The translations under genes and the position numbers were made by a program. DNA of 64,000 nucleotides, from NCBI GenBank assembly GCA_050084985.1, contig JBITNC010000001.1:202678001-202742000 (forward strand), in the 5' to 3' direction. Position 1 is the stretch's first letter, and the number at the start of each line of letters is the position of its first letter. The DNA is from Nageia nagi (lineage: Eukaryota; Plantae; Pinophyta). Shown here piece after piece: positions 37,262 through 50,656 of this stretch. The notes under the pieces were generated by a model. That model was not told the DNA's origin. It did not search any database and saw only the letters and a program-made list of their open reading frames with translations.

Positions 37262-38360
37262 ATGAGGAAGAAGATGGAGCCGGAAGGCACTCCAAGATAT
37301 GATGCATAAGGTAGTAGTGACTGGACATTAGAGGGGTGGGAAAATTGGTTCAGAGTTTAAGAGCGAGGAGACGGTCCGATGTCTCACCACTAGCTGAGAC
37401 AAGCTCTAGAGATCATATGCAAAGAGCCCTAATGTTGATGGTGAAAGGCAAGGCTGACGAAGCTGATGGTGGGCATAATGACTTGTGCTCAGAACCGACA
37501 AAACTCCTAGTTAGTGACGATGTTTAGGAAGTTCTGAAGAAGGCAAGGTACTAGAGCTTCTTGGAACTATTTGAGGGGTTCAATGTAGAAGCTTTCCATC
37601 AGATGGCGAATAGTTGGGTGGAGGGTTGTGTGACTACAAGAGCCTCTATTTTTGAAATTTCACTAGCAGTTCTAACATAGATCTCCGGATTGGTAGACGG
37701 GGGTTGAAAATCACTCAAGACAAGCACCCACGGTAGACAAAGCTTGACTTCTGCATTTCTACAGAGAAAATTGGGTGGGGCAGGAAATACATCCTCAAGG
37801 AGGGCCTCCCCCAGCCATGGCTGAAAGTGGCAGGAACCATCATGAACTATTTCACTCTGGATACCTAGATGACATGGGTTCATGGATATCACCTAGCAAT
37901 TCTGAATCACATAAGATGGAAAAAGTGGGTTAGTGTCCCATATTTCTTTTTTAAGGAATTGGAAAAGTCTGTCGAGGATTTCCAGAAGGGTAGGACTAAA
38001 TTTGCTCTGCATCAAGGACTCTTTCTGATTATAGCCATTTACATGGCCAAAAAGCAAGGTTGGTTGGGGAACCTCGATGACCTCCTGCCAATTCTGAAGG
38101 AGGAAAAGTCTGGAGCTGAGTTTGGCACTCCAAGTGGGAACTGCAAACGCAAAACCATGAAAGAAGCAAAGGGAGGAAGACGAAGCTCGCAACGAAGGGG
38201 CAGAGTTGTGATGAAAGAGAAATTGAAGGATTCAGAGGAAGCTACGCCTACTACATCCCCGATTGCAGAGCAAGGCCCAATGAAGAAGGTGTGTGCGACC
38301 AAAGGGATATTGTTGTGCTCTCTTGGCAAGGTTGAACTATATCATCGCAATGGTGGATAA
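37262..38360 (+). pseudogene. Decayed homolog of the retroelement extra ORF at 61165-63506
   Basis: SFLELFEGFN, ISGL..GG, LPQPWLKVAGTIMNYFTLD, HGYHLAILNHIR, VPYFFFKEL and LHQGL align motif by motif with the right-end ORF. Confidence 0.7.
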
Positions 38361-39067
38361 GGTCCAGCAACATGTTTGCGAGGAGTTGGATGTGTAGGTT
38401 TGTTTGGTTGTTATGTATAAATTGTTTGATTTGGCCCGTAAGGGCATAGGTTGATATATTGCCTTGGTATGTTCATAGGAGTAGGATGCTAGTATGTTTT
38501 TTTTGAAGGTCTTGGAACTGTTCTAAATATCTCAAGGCATGATGTACACAAGGTTATCAGTTCCCTTTAAAAACCACCGCAAATATTAACAAAAAAGAAT
38601 ATTGAGATTGGTAGATAATAGTTACTCTCCATTAGCAACATTGGATAGTATTGTATTTAAAGGTGTTGTCAAATATAAGTACTTTAAATATTGTATATTG
38701 AAATGATGCCAATTTTAGTGAAGGAGATAAGACAACAAGAAATTTTCACTCGGCTTATTTCCCAAAATTGGGGCCAATTGCCCATGTTGGAGATGTTCTA
38801 TTTTTTAATATTGAAAGGTGGGGTAACCACTAACAATCCCTTTATTCCTAACTAAAAAAAAACATACACAATAATTTTATAACAAAGAATTCTCTTTTAA
38901 AACCATAATGTATTTTTTTATTGATAATTATTTTTTATATATTTAATATTTTAAATGTTTGAACAAATTAATGAGTTAAAAAGTCAAAACACAATATGAT
39001 TTTATAATCTATCAATTATAAAAGCATATAAAACATTATATAACTTATATATTATTTAAAATTAAAG

Positions 39068-39298
39068 CTAAGTTGCAAGAAACCTGTAAAACAATTGCGT
39101 TCCCGTTTCGAAAACCTCCAGAAACTTGAAAAATGGGACGAAACTCAAAAACTTCTAAAGCCTCATCTATAAAGGTTTATTTTGGATTTTGCATCATGTA
39201 ATCATCTATAGGAGTTAATATAGACATGATTTTCCTTCTAAAATGTTATTTATGTGTATCATTCTTTTTTTTTGCAAGTTAATGTGGTATTTAAAACA

Positions 39299-39372
<74 letters not shown>

Positions 39373-39470
39373 ATTGTGTTTCCCCTGATGTATCCATTTT
39401 AAAAGGGTGACATTTCTAGGCGTTCCAGTTTCGGAAACTTGGAAACGTTTCCACGTTTTGTGCAACTTAG
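39068..39470. mobile_element. hAT-type MITE
   Basis: TIR CTAAGTTGCA...TGCAACTTAG, 8-bp TSD AATTAAAG/CATTAAAG, and gaaac/gtttc subterminal motifs. Confidence 0.8.
39302..39369. repeat. (AT)n microsatellite inside the MITE
   Basis: About 34 uninterrupted AT units. Confidence 0.98.
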
Positions 39471-40843
39471 CATTAAAGTGTTTTTCACTCAAAACATATG
39501 AAAATAAAAAGTCAAACCCTAAATGATATGAATCTAAGGTTACAAGATCCATCCCCTACCCCAACCCTAAATCATTTGAAGCAAAGTTTACACAAGTATG
39601 CATCTCCTACTCCCAAGGGACCATCTCCATCTCCTAAGTTTCCCTTATATGCAAGCACAACATTGTGGACATCCATGCCACCCTAGTTCATGAGGTTAAG
39701 CCCTATGATGTCTTGGGGATGCCCAAAGAGATTTTCCAAACCATCCCCATTACATCACCCCAAAGGATGATGATTGAGAGCGTTATGATACTATAGGCAA
39801 GTGTACATAAGAGGAACATTAAGAGTTTGAAAAATAATGTGTTGCATAAAAAGGACCATATAATATTTGTATATTAGGGATATAATGTAAAGAGATAATG
39901 AATGGCCAATTTGTGGCACATATTTCTAAGAGAGTTTACTACCCACAATATTATTATTTAGCAGGAATACAAATAGAAGGAATATATCATTGTATTATCA
40001 TCATGGAAAATATGTTAGAGGATTTAAACCTTTTGAACTTGTGAGGTTTTCCTCTTTCCTTCCTTGAGGAATATTTTATGTTGTTTTCCTACCTTACAGG
40101 TTCATATTCAATGTGTTATTCTCTGTTGTGAATTGTTCTATTGCACTTATTTGGAAATATTGCAGAATATTATTATCATTTATGGTATTATTATTGGTTG
40201 TGGTTTGTAACAAGGCCATGAGGCTCAATGCTTGAAAACAAGCACAAAACTTATCACAAAAGAGGATGGGTCGGGCCCACCAAGCCCTTTCACCCCCAAA
40301 ACTTTTAAACATATTACACATATTATGTAGTTCAATTTCAGACTTGGAAATTATAATTCAGATTTGGAACAGTCTAGTTTATGCTTATCATGTTTTGTAT
40401 TGAACATCATTTTTTATTGAAATGCAGTTATATGACTCAAATTTGAGATTGAGAATGCTATGTAATTTTTTCTGATTTCATTCAGTTCTTATTATGTATT
40501 TATGCTTAATGCTATGTACCCTACCATCCTAGTTACCCATCCCTTTGTCCCCAGCCCTATATGTCATGTAACACTGTATGAAGAAGATTATAAACTAACC
40601 GGAGCTTGCTGGGCAGCCGCACTCATATCCTCATCGCCTCACCTCGATACATGAGATTCACACATGGCATATCTGCTGTATCCAACTTCAGCAATTATTC
40701 ATGCCAAAATACCATACTTTTTTCAATATGTCCATAAGAGTCTTATAAGATATCCGCAGGCTTGTCTGAAGGAAATCTCAGTCAGCCTACTGGTAGTTGC
40801 TTCTCTAGTTTTCAAAGAAATTTTCTGCAGCTTCTCCACTTCA

Positions 40844-41936
40844 TGAAATATACCAACTCAGGAAAACACAAAACACTCACAGAAAATGTAACAGAAAATT
40901 ACTGTTCAAACCCTAATTACAGAAATTTGAAAATTCTCAACAAAAATGACAGCAAAGTATTTTATTTTTGTCAGCAACAGAAATAGATCTGAAATCTTTA
41001 CAAATTTGATGTTCACTTGCCAAAACACAAAACAGTCTCTACACAGCAAAATCAGCCTCTCAAGGCTGGACGTTGCCACCCTAGGGCACAGAAATCCAAA
41101 ATCTGACCTTCCAGTTTGGCTGTCCCACCAAAATGCTGTCCAAAAGCCCTTCTAGGCTGCATGTCCCTTGCAAGTGCAAGATTTGGCCTGAAAATCACTC
41201 TCCAGGCTGGGCACTCCTTCTTGGGTTCCAAACCCCTCTAATATGATGCGAAAATAGTCTTCAAATCCTCCGATCTCAACAATGGATGCACGCATGCAAA
41301 CCCCGGATAGATCTACCTCTTCAATGCATAGATAGCTCTAAGATTTTACCCTTTCAAATCTCCAATGGATCTCTCTAAAGGGGACCCCAATAATCTCCTG
41401 CAGCATAATGCAAAAGCCCAAAAGAGAAAAGCTCTCCCAGTTTCCAAATTTTCCAAAATGATCCCTTGCAAATGAAACTTTAAATCCTTTTATAACTCAA
41501 CTCAATGAGGAAATAAGTCTTAGCCATTGATCTTCACAAGCATGGAGGGCGGAAATTAAATCTCATCAAACCTTAAGTGATCTCAACGTACAAACATATC
41601 TCAACCCTTGGATCTAATCTTGATCTTGAAAGGATGGAGGGTGGAGATTAGATCTTATCATCATAACTCAAACCTTATCCTCAAAACAGTCTTGGAAACT
41701 GTGATTTTCGGATTTACACTTGTTGAGATAATTAAATACACCTAGATTTAACATTTAACACGTCTATACACTAAACTAACCATACCAAGCCATACTAACA
41801 TATAGACTTAGCAAATCTTGCTAAAAACACACTAAACTCCTCTCAAGGGTGGATATCCATCTCCTAGAGGCATACAAAACATACTAAATGTAAAAATGTA
41901 ATATTTATAAAGCTAGAATTTATTTGCAACATGACA
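40844..41936 (-). mobile_element. Solo LTR of the family represented at 53675-57120
   Basis: ~41200-41936 is the reverse complement of ~53675-54400. Flanked by the direct repeat CACTTCA (40837-40843 / 41937-41943). Confidence 0.85.
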
Positions 41937-43759
41937 CACTTCAGCACTGATATTTCATGCCACTTCTCCAGTTCACTATCAAAAGAAGTATTTTCTAATT
42001 TCTAAAATACGTTACTGCTGAAAAATGGTATTATTTTACAGAGATACACAACTTTTCCCCTATGCCTGTTGTTTTGATTATATATCACATTGTTGATGTT
42101 TTTCTGGGTTCTAAATGTTTTTCATATTTTTAAGGGTTTCAGAAAAAATGTCCTATTTATCACATGTTATGCAACATTGTTTTAAATATATAAGGTTTGC
42201 ATATGGGGGTTACAAAACCAATAACTAAATAACATCCAACAACTTGACCACACATTTCTACTCAACTACCTAACCACCTCAACCAGATTACAGTTGGGTC
42301 ATTACATAACTTAATATGCAGGACAAGTTATTGCTATATACAACAAGAAAAGGATTTGATATCGCAATGCTACATGAGGTTCATATCACATGTAAAGGAA
42401 AATGTCATAATCTTATACTCTGCATCAATAATTGCCCCTGCAAGTCTGTATTATCTGAAATTTAGATAAGGATATCACCAAGGATTATGAAAAGGGAAAA
42501 ATTATATCTTATGAGGATTCAGTTCTCTTACCTTTCATCTAGTATCTTCTCAGTAACTGGAAAAAGGATTCAGAAATGTGCACCACCAACAATAGCCAAA
42601 TATGCAATTCAAAATCCAACAACAAAATAAAAGGTACTAATAAAGAAAGGAAGCTCAAAGGTTATAAAAGGTACTAACAAAAAAAGGAAATAAAAGTCAA
42701 TGTATGGCTACTGTTTATATTAGACTGCAAGCTCCTTTTTGTTGTACGGCCTGCCAAATGATGACATCATAAATTTGTAAATAAATGTTTTGGAACTCTG
42801 TTTCAAAAAAACCCTTAATCTTATTTAACATTAACCAAAAAAGAAAGGAAGCAAATTATTAAGACATATGCTAATGTTTGTCAAGATTTTACATAAATGA
42901 TGCCACTTTAAACGTTGTCTCAAATATTGAACGTTCATCTTCCAATTATTCCTTTGTTTCGCAACCTCCAAAAATACCTTACCATATGAAACCAGTCTTC
43001 TCACTCATGCCCACCAGTGAATGCAAATATTTGTTTTTAATATCCAACCCTAACTAGCGAACAGAAAGGTAACCGAAAACTTTCCATACCACTTTTAACA
43101 TTCCAAGTTCAACAGCAAAAAGAATGTTAAATTACTTGACTGCAAGACAGGTAACACCAATAGCTTGACCGCAATCACATCTGCAGCTCCATGAGTAAGA
43201 GAAATCATCCTTCCAATATAGATGTGACAAACACGTTTATTTGTATTAATAATAGAAAGATGTGATTCTCACATATACAAGTACGCTTATTTATAACGAA
43301 ATGTTGCTTGCTCCAAAAGCTACATAAAATAAGTTTGTTTTCTAATAATATAATACTAAAGCACTGCTCAGACAATGGGTTTAAGGATAAAGTAGCCCAA
43401 ACCATCAACCAAAATGAACCCCTATTCCACAATATAATTCGAGTCCGAATTGTAAAAAAGAGACATAGCATCCTGAATAATTTCAGCTCTGAGATAGAGA
43501 AGTTGAAACATAATGCATGTGCATGCAATTCCATGTGGCTAACCTATATCATATTTCATTTAATAAAGGGTTGCTAATTTTGCAATTTAGTTTGAAGAAT
43601 AAACTAATAAAAATTCACTTCATCCAAACTGTATATTATTTTGAATTTTCAGTCAATCCATAAGATACATTAATCTTCAGTTGACCCGTACTATAGATCG
43701 CAACCCTGGAAATGTGGAATTTTCCTTTAGGAGCAAGCAATGAAATTATGAATACTCAC

Positions 43760-43918
43760 AAACAATTTTGAAGAGGAACCAAGAGTTACAATATCACCGC
43801 TAGCCAACTGTACTGGATCACTTCTACGTCTCAAACTGGAATCTTGAGCAGACACCGGTTGGGAATTCAAAAGCGTCCCATTGAGACTGCCCATATCAAC
43901 AAGTTCCCATTTTGAATT
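43760..43918 (-). CDS. KAPP: KAPP exon: FHA domain C-half (NSKWELVDMGSLNGTLLNSQ...LASGDIVTLGSSSKLF)
   Basis: Splice sites ttggcag|AAT and TTT|gtgagt; 159 nt. FHA motifs DMGSLNGT and GDIVTLG as in KAPP. Confidence 0.95.
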
Positions 43919-44048
43919 CTGCCAAAGTGTACATAGGTTCATTAGATATCCATAAGAAAGGTGTGTCACACCAATTTACTAAGTTTTCTTATAGTTATCT
44001 TGACCGAGGAAATGTTATTATGAATATTTATCAGACATCAGAGCTTAC

Positions 44049-44224
44049 CTTCATATTCCAATTTACAATTGCATGCTTCCCTGAAACCTCAGGATCATTA
44101 ACAACCAAATCATTCTGAGGTACTCTTCCGATTCGCAAAGAAAGGCCTGAAACACCTTTTGATTGTTGTGAAAAGCAAACCCCTAAAGAAGGCCCAGATA
44201 TAACTTCCAAAATCAACGTGCTGC
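44049..44224 (-). CDS. KAPP: KAPP exon: FHA domain N-half (STLILEVISGPSLG...IGRVPQNDLVVNDPEVSGKHAIVNWNMK)
   Basis: Splice sites atgcag|GC and AAG|gtaagc. FHA GR and SxxH motifs. Confidence 0.95.
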
Positions 44225-44417
44225 CTGCATCTCCCAGGAACACTAACTTGAAATTAAATTCTCAACCAAAAATTCAAATTGAATCTCTAAACATATTGAA
44301 AGACCATCCATCCTACTGTGTAGTGTTTATTAGCTCGCAAAAGTACCTAAAGACAGCAACAATTAGATTGATGAGAAGCAGGAAAACAAAAGGAGGCCAC
44401 GGAACAAAATGACACAC

Positions 44418-44610
44418 ATTGAGCTGAAATATCCTCAGCTTCTGAGACTCTGCCGCTCCCTTCCTCATTACGCACAATAGATGAATCAAAGTGATCTTCA
44501 ACTGAAACAGAAACATGTAGATCCGCATCACTCCTAGCTAACGGTTGGCAACATACAGTTTGCCCAACAGACAAGGCCTCTGGAATTAGAGGTTCAGTGA
44601 CTTCATCAAC
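44418..44610 (-). CDS. KAPP: Probable KAPP exon upstream of FHA (VDEVTEPLIPEALSVGQTV...AEDISAQ)
   Basis: Open frame with a VGQT motif as in the KAPP N-terminal region. A pyrimidine tract and cagcag acceptor precede it. The phase-1 donor T|gtgtgt fits the next exon's phase. Exact boundaries are less certain. Confidence 0.7.
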
Positions 44611-47600
44611 CTGCTGAGATGGACGACATTTAAAACCAGTTCATAATGAAAGGAAGCGAAAAGCAACACTATAATCTCCGTGGCTTGTGCACAATTAGAA
44701 CACATCACAAAGCACAGAAAGTTAAGAATGTTTCAAACTGCAAAACTTCTAGTAATCTAACTAAAACAGACACCAATGTTTTGGAGAAATTTGTCAGTTC
44801 TACATAACATTGCGTAGTCAATTGGATCAATAAGCTATGCATTATTGTGTTGTACCCTATCACGGAATTTCTTTATATATGCCAACGCAGAATACTGTCT
44901 TCCCTATTTATTACCAAAGTTCTTGCAAAAGAAAATTTGTCAAACATTGAGAGATTTATTGGAGCCACAGCAGAAAAGTTTCAGATATTATCCATATGGA
45001 TGAGACAACGTGATGAATATAACCAAGATATGGTGAATCTAACCATTGATTACCAAGAGTTGGCCCAGTTACTTCTATTTTTCCAAGTATAACAAGTAAA
45101 ATAGCAAGCAGACATTTTCATGGGTGAGTCGTAATATCATGTGTAACAGTAATGTTTATTTGCAATGAGATGGCAAGCAACAAGTAACTCACATAACATT
45201 GTCTTAATTCGGTAAGTTGAATCTAACCATGCATACTGAGTTAGTTGAGTAAGGCAGACTAAATGATTAAGGGTAAGCTTTATTTTAGTTAATGGTATGA
45301 GCACAATCAAGTAGTTCTTTTCAAACAACCTTTCTACTGTATCTTATTATGACTGTTGTACTTTTCTTGCTATTATCATATTTATCACAGATCAAACTAC
45401 TGCTATGATACTGCTATCTCCATGAGGCCATTTGTTGCCCCAGATGGTACTTATGCATTCAGGAACATTTCAAACACATTACAATATCTAAGATTTGTTC
45501 CAGCTGAGAAATGATGCATTGTAGATGCTGTCCATGAAATTTGACTTTGAAAAGGTGGACAAAGTTCTATAGGGAGCCTCCAAAACTAAGTTTTCATTCA
45601 TTTTAAGAATTTCATTGAAAGGTTACTTATTCGTGGTCCAATATACAATTGTCACTTAAGTGTGTTATTGTTTGTTGTGATTTCCATTCTCAGAAGTATT
45701 GTATTTAGGGGTTGAACAAGTGTAAAAGTCTCATCATATTGTCATTATGTTGGCATAGAACTCTTGCCTATTTTGTTTGTTTAGGATCCCGAACAAAAGC
45801 ATGAGGATGAAAGCCTACCTGAAAACATTTATAAATTATTTGAACCTTGTGGCAGAAGATTTTATTGCATTTTATGTCAAGATACTATTGCTTAATTATA
45901 CTATTAATACCTTGGAATTCAACTCTTTAGCTAACAATCATTCCCTCCATCTCTTCAAGCATGCATGCACACTATTGTCAATAAAACTTCCATCCAAATA
46001 ACTATAAATATACCCAGGCCAAACTACATATATTTGTGGACATGCTTCATGTAAGAGAACATCCATAAGTGTGCATTGTGAGACTATATGTGGATACAAT
46101 GTTTTCTAGAATGCAATAACTGTGCCAACTTTAAGGCTTTTTTAAGGACAATTATATAAGAGATCAAATGCATCTGTTTGTGACAAGATACATTCAAAAC
46201 TTCAAACAACGACCATTTTTGTACACTATGATACAACATTCATGTCAAGTAGGTGTAATAATTGTATACATAATCAATGGTGGCCCTACGCTGAGTCCAA
46301 CAAACACTTCATTCCAGGATTATTGCCCATTTTTGGGATTTAAATCAGGTCATAAAGCATAAATATTCTTTACAATAGGTAGAAGCATCGAGTATAAAAG
46401 CTGTAAAATTCTAGCGTGTTAACTTGGCAATCTGGAATTTTGGTGCATGTATCACCTTTGGAGTGTTCATGTAGCTATAATTGGACATTGCCCTCAAGGG
46501 CCCTCGACAAGAACCTTCATTTGAATAACATTTGCAGATTGGCCTTGGACCTCACATATGATTGGCACCAAACAAAAGGATAGATTGTCATGATTTATGG
46601 ATAAAGTGTGCTGGATGATAGTGTTATGCTTAATTACAAGGTTTGAGTTTGAATGATGTTCAAATTTACTGAAAAAGTTCAAAAAGAAGCGGCAAAAATT
46701 CGACAAATTAAATGCAACAAAATTCATACATAACTCTATAAATCAAATATATATTTTTCCATTTCTCAATCAATCAACACGATGACGGTATTGACAAACA
46801 AGGGCATGATTTTCCCCAAAAGACGCATCCTTTAATGATTTTTGGCATCAAATTTGAAATAATTAATTCAACTGGCTTTCAGATTTCTTCTTTAAATTCA
46901 TCAAAACTTGTGACTAAGATATTATTCTAGCCTAGTATTTGCTCCAGTTGAAGTTAAACGTTTCCATATCAGTGACCAGGCAGATTTTGACTCTATTGAT
47001 AGCACTATCAGCAAGCGCAATAAATCAAGCTAACACAAGAAAAGAAATTGAATATAAAATCAGTATGAAAAGGGTGAACATATTTCATATCGATTCCCAA
47101 CTCAACTGATGGCATGATGATGCATTGTTCTATTTCGAAGTTATCACCCTTTTCTACAATGCATGAGGTCGTCTATAAATGCCATCCAAAGTGAATGAAG
47201 TACCACTGCAGAAATTGGAAATGTTTGCCAGCCATCAATAACCACTCATTTCCATAACAACTCAAAATGAAAAAAGTACACCATATAAACATAGAATTAC
47301 ATATCTTTACTAAACAATATGTCATAATTAAGACTTACGTCTACCCTCTCTACCTAAGTTGTAAACCTTTAAGACTAAAGGTAAACCATGTGCATGTGAC
47401 AACATTGGGAAGAAACGTTAGGATGTGTAATAGCCTATAGGTGGAATGAAGTTGTGCATTTGCTAGACCCCAAGCCATGAATTTCTTAGTGATAATGGTT
47501 GCACTTAAAAGCATCAAGGTGAGGAATGTTAAACAATAGTACCACTTGCACTAAAGCTACATCACTGATGGCACAAACATCAAGAAAGAAAGAAATAACA

Positions 47601-49157
47601 TCATGTGACCAAAAACGGTCAATGGGACTAGAATTTACAAGAGTGGTAAAATAGCTATCAAAACCTCTAAAAGGCCCACCCTAAAGCTAAAATGAAATGA
47701 AAAAAATAAACTCAACTAAAGTGATACAATACAAAGGTCAAAACCCTAAAAGAGGAATATAACATAACATAGATCGGTCAAGAAGGATCCACCCTAAGGC
47801 CTCACTAGGGAAGAGTGCACAGGAGCTCTCGACCACATGGCTGGGAGAGAGCTTGTTGGTAATTGTGGACCGTGTTTGTGGTGATGTTGCAGGAGATGAA
47901 GGACGATATCCAATGAGTTCTCAAAGGAGCATGGGTGTCTTGTAGGCGTCATCTGGTGCAACATGTAGGATGAGGAGGGTCATCTCTATATCTCTCACAA
48001 GCTATCTCAACCAAGGAGGCTCAAAAGAAAGACAGGAGTTGAGTGTGAGATAGGAGACACTTCCAAAGAAGGAAGGCCTCTTGTATGCAGAGAGCTAGAA
48101 ACTGTTGGTCAAAATACTAGAAGAAGGTAGACAACGAGTTGTGCAAGTCATGGGAGAGATAGTGATATTGACCTTGGAACTCATAGTAAATTGAGAACCG
48201 AAAGTTAAAGTGGTCTTTGGATTTAGTCTCAAGCGAGCACAAATGGCAAACTCGCAAGTGACAAACTAGGTGGTGATCTGTCCCGATCCTCAACTGATGT
48301 GAGCAAACCTCGAACTGTCCAAAAAAACATCTTCAATCCAAGAGGTAGGTGCAAGTTGATGTACCCGAAGAGGGAGGATCAACCTTATATCAATCTTGAT
48401 GAAATGTTGAGAATAGGGAGCCAACTTGGGCATGAGGGGCTATTGGGGAGTGACTCAAATGGTCAAAGGCCTTGTAGATTGTCTCCTAATTCAATGTCAG
48501 TGAGTCCATTAGGGATCTACACGAACCCCCATGGGGCGTAGGTAGCTTGTCATGAGAGAAGCCAAAACATTGTAGTGACTCAAAAGATATTAGAAAAATA
48601 GCACCAATAGTAACCTTGAGCATCTTGGTCCATCAATGAAGCCAAGTCCTTAGATGGATGTCTATTTGCATCCCCTTCAACATCTGCTAGACAATGCAAA
48701 CGACGAAGAAAAAGGACCAATGATGTAGTGCCCTGCACCTGAAGAGGTTGGTAGAACTTTGCAAGCATGTAAGGTAGGGAACCGTCCTCTTGCTCCGAAT
48801 AGAGCAAGATAATGTATTGACTCGGATCCTCTCTACTATGGCCCAATCTATTGCCCTCAAGCTAGGCCCCCAAACGACCTCCCCATATAGCTCTATGGGG
48901 GTAACCATGGTCTAGAAAAGCTAAAGTTTCGATAAGATGTCCTAAAAAATGCCTTGCCTCTCAAGTGTAGAGACCATTGTGTAACCTCTACTTACTCCAG
49001 GTAGGGTTCTTGCCCTCGTGGAGAATCTAGGTCCAAAAAAGAGCACTCCAAGGTAAATGTAGGAGGTGGTGGTCTCCACAACACAATCACAAAAAGTGAT
49101 TTAAGTCCAATCCATCATGGTCTAGGAAACATTGAAGGCTAAGACCTTAGTTTTGCT

Positions 49158-49287
49158 AAGGTTCATCACTAGCTCTTGCCTAGTGATAAAAGAGTCTAAT
49201 AAGGTTCACCATTAGCTCTTGCCTAATGCTAAACGAGTCTAATATGATTCACCACTAGCTCTTGCCTAGTGCTAAAAGAGTCTAAGG
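49158..49287. repeat. 43-bp tandem triplication inside the LINE RT
   Basis: Three copies of ttcaccactagctcttgcctagtgctaaaagagtctaa. Confidence 0.9.
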
Positions 49288-50656
49288 CATAAATCAAACC
49301 CTATAGATCCTCAGTTGTGTGAGAAAGTAGAACAATGTCATCGACAAAAAGGAGGATGGGAACCCAGCTACCATGAAGGAGGCAACCTATCTTGGGATTC
49401 ATGATCTCTAGAATGAAGGACTCCAACTCATCAATGTAAAAACCAAAGGGAGTTGAGGAGAATAGGCAATCCTGTTTTTCCCCAATCGTGTTGCGAATGC
49501 TCTTTGAGAGGCCCTATGCAGTGCGAAACTGGACTGAAAGGGTCTCATAAAGAGTTTGTCAAGCCAATCTCAAGGACTCCCAATCCCCAAAGTCTATCCA
49601 TCAGTTTGTATCGAGGAATTGTGTCGAAGGCCTTCTTGAACTCCATAAAGAAGCAAGAAATTGGGAATATTTGAAACGTGGCCTTCTCAATGGTCGCTCT
49701 AAAAGTGAAGATGTGATTTGTTGTGCAATAATGCCTAGAAAACCCATCTATCCTCTTGGTTTGAACCCTTTAACATCAACCATTTGTGAGATGTAATCCT
49801 CTAGAATAGTGGCATATAGCTTGGACAAGGTAAGACCAATCATGATGGTGTGGTAGTTGCTCGGTTCATCAGGATCTCTAGATTTGAAGATAGGATGGAT
49901 TATATTTGAGAACTAGGAGAAGCAAGAGTAGATGACATTGGTGAAGAGCTTGGAGAGGAAGGAGGGAGGGTGAACTTGGTATGCTTAAGGAATTCAGCTT
50001 GGAGGTTCTCAATCTAAAGCTCTTCTTGAATTAAGTTTTTGAATTGCATTGTGGATGAGTGGAGGAGAGAAGTCTACAGTGGGAGGACATGAGAAAAGGA
50101 GAGATGGGCTTTGGTTTTGTACACTGTAGAGATGAGAAGCATAATCTATCCAAGCATAAAGGGTAATGGAGCTCGAGTTATGTTTTTTTTGTAAATTAGG
50201 GTGCCAGAAAGATTTGGGATTGGTGTGAAGCTAAAAAATGACCTCTAATCTCCTCTTGGCTAAGAAGTGATGTTTCTTAGTTCACAAGAGGCATCAAGAA
50301 GATCAATGAAGGGAGGAAGTGAAAGAAGAGGAAGGACCAAGTACAATGGCTCACTTGAGGTGACAATGAGGAGGGCTAATTTGTGGGGAAAGGCATAAAA
50401 GGTTCTAGGATGGAGAGAATCAAGGAGAAAGAGGGCTTAGGAATCAACAAAGGGAAGAGAATGCATTTCAAGAAGCCTTTTTTCATGATGTTATTACATA
50501 GAGAAGCATGGTCTAAGTCAAAGTGGATGGTCATGCAGGGGGAGGTAAGATTGGGGAGGGAGATAGGGAGAATGATGGTAGATGACCCAACAAGGAGAAG
50601 GTTAGTTGGGCATGATCTGCAAGGGGGAGACGAGGGGTGATATGGAAAGACTAGAG

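Noticed and set aside
39215-39552. ORFs with YIYIYI runs
   Set aside because: They are translations of the (AT)n microsatellite.
40567-42050. Outer LTR-like element hosting the 40844 solo LTR
   Set aside because: TG/CA candidates exist, but no matching TSD could be established.
44700-47500. Additional upstream KAPP exons
   Set aside because: No convincing signal-anchor or KAPP-like peptide with splice sites was found. They probably lie beyond the window.
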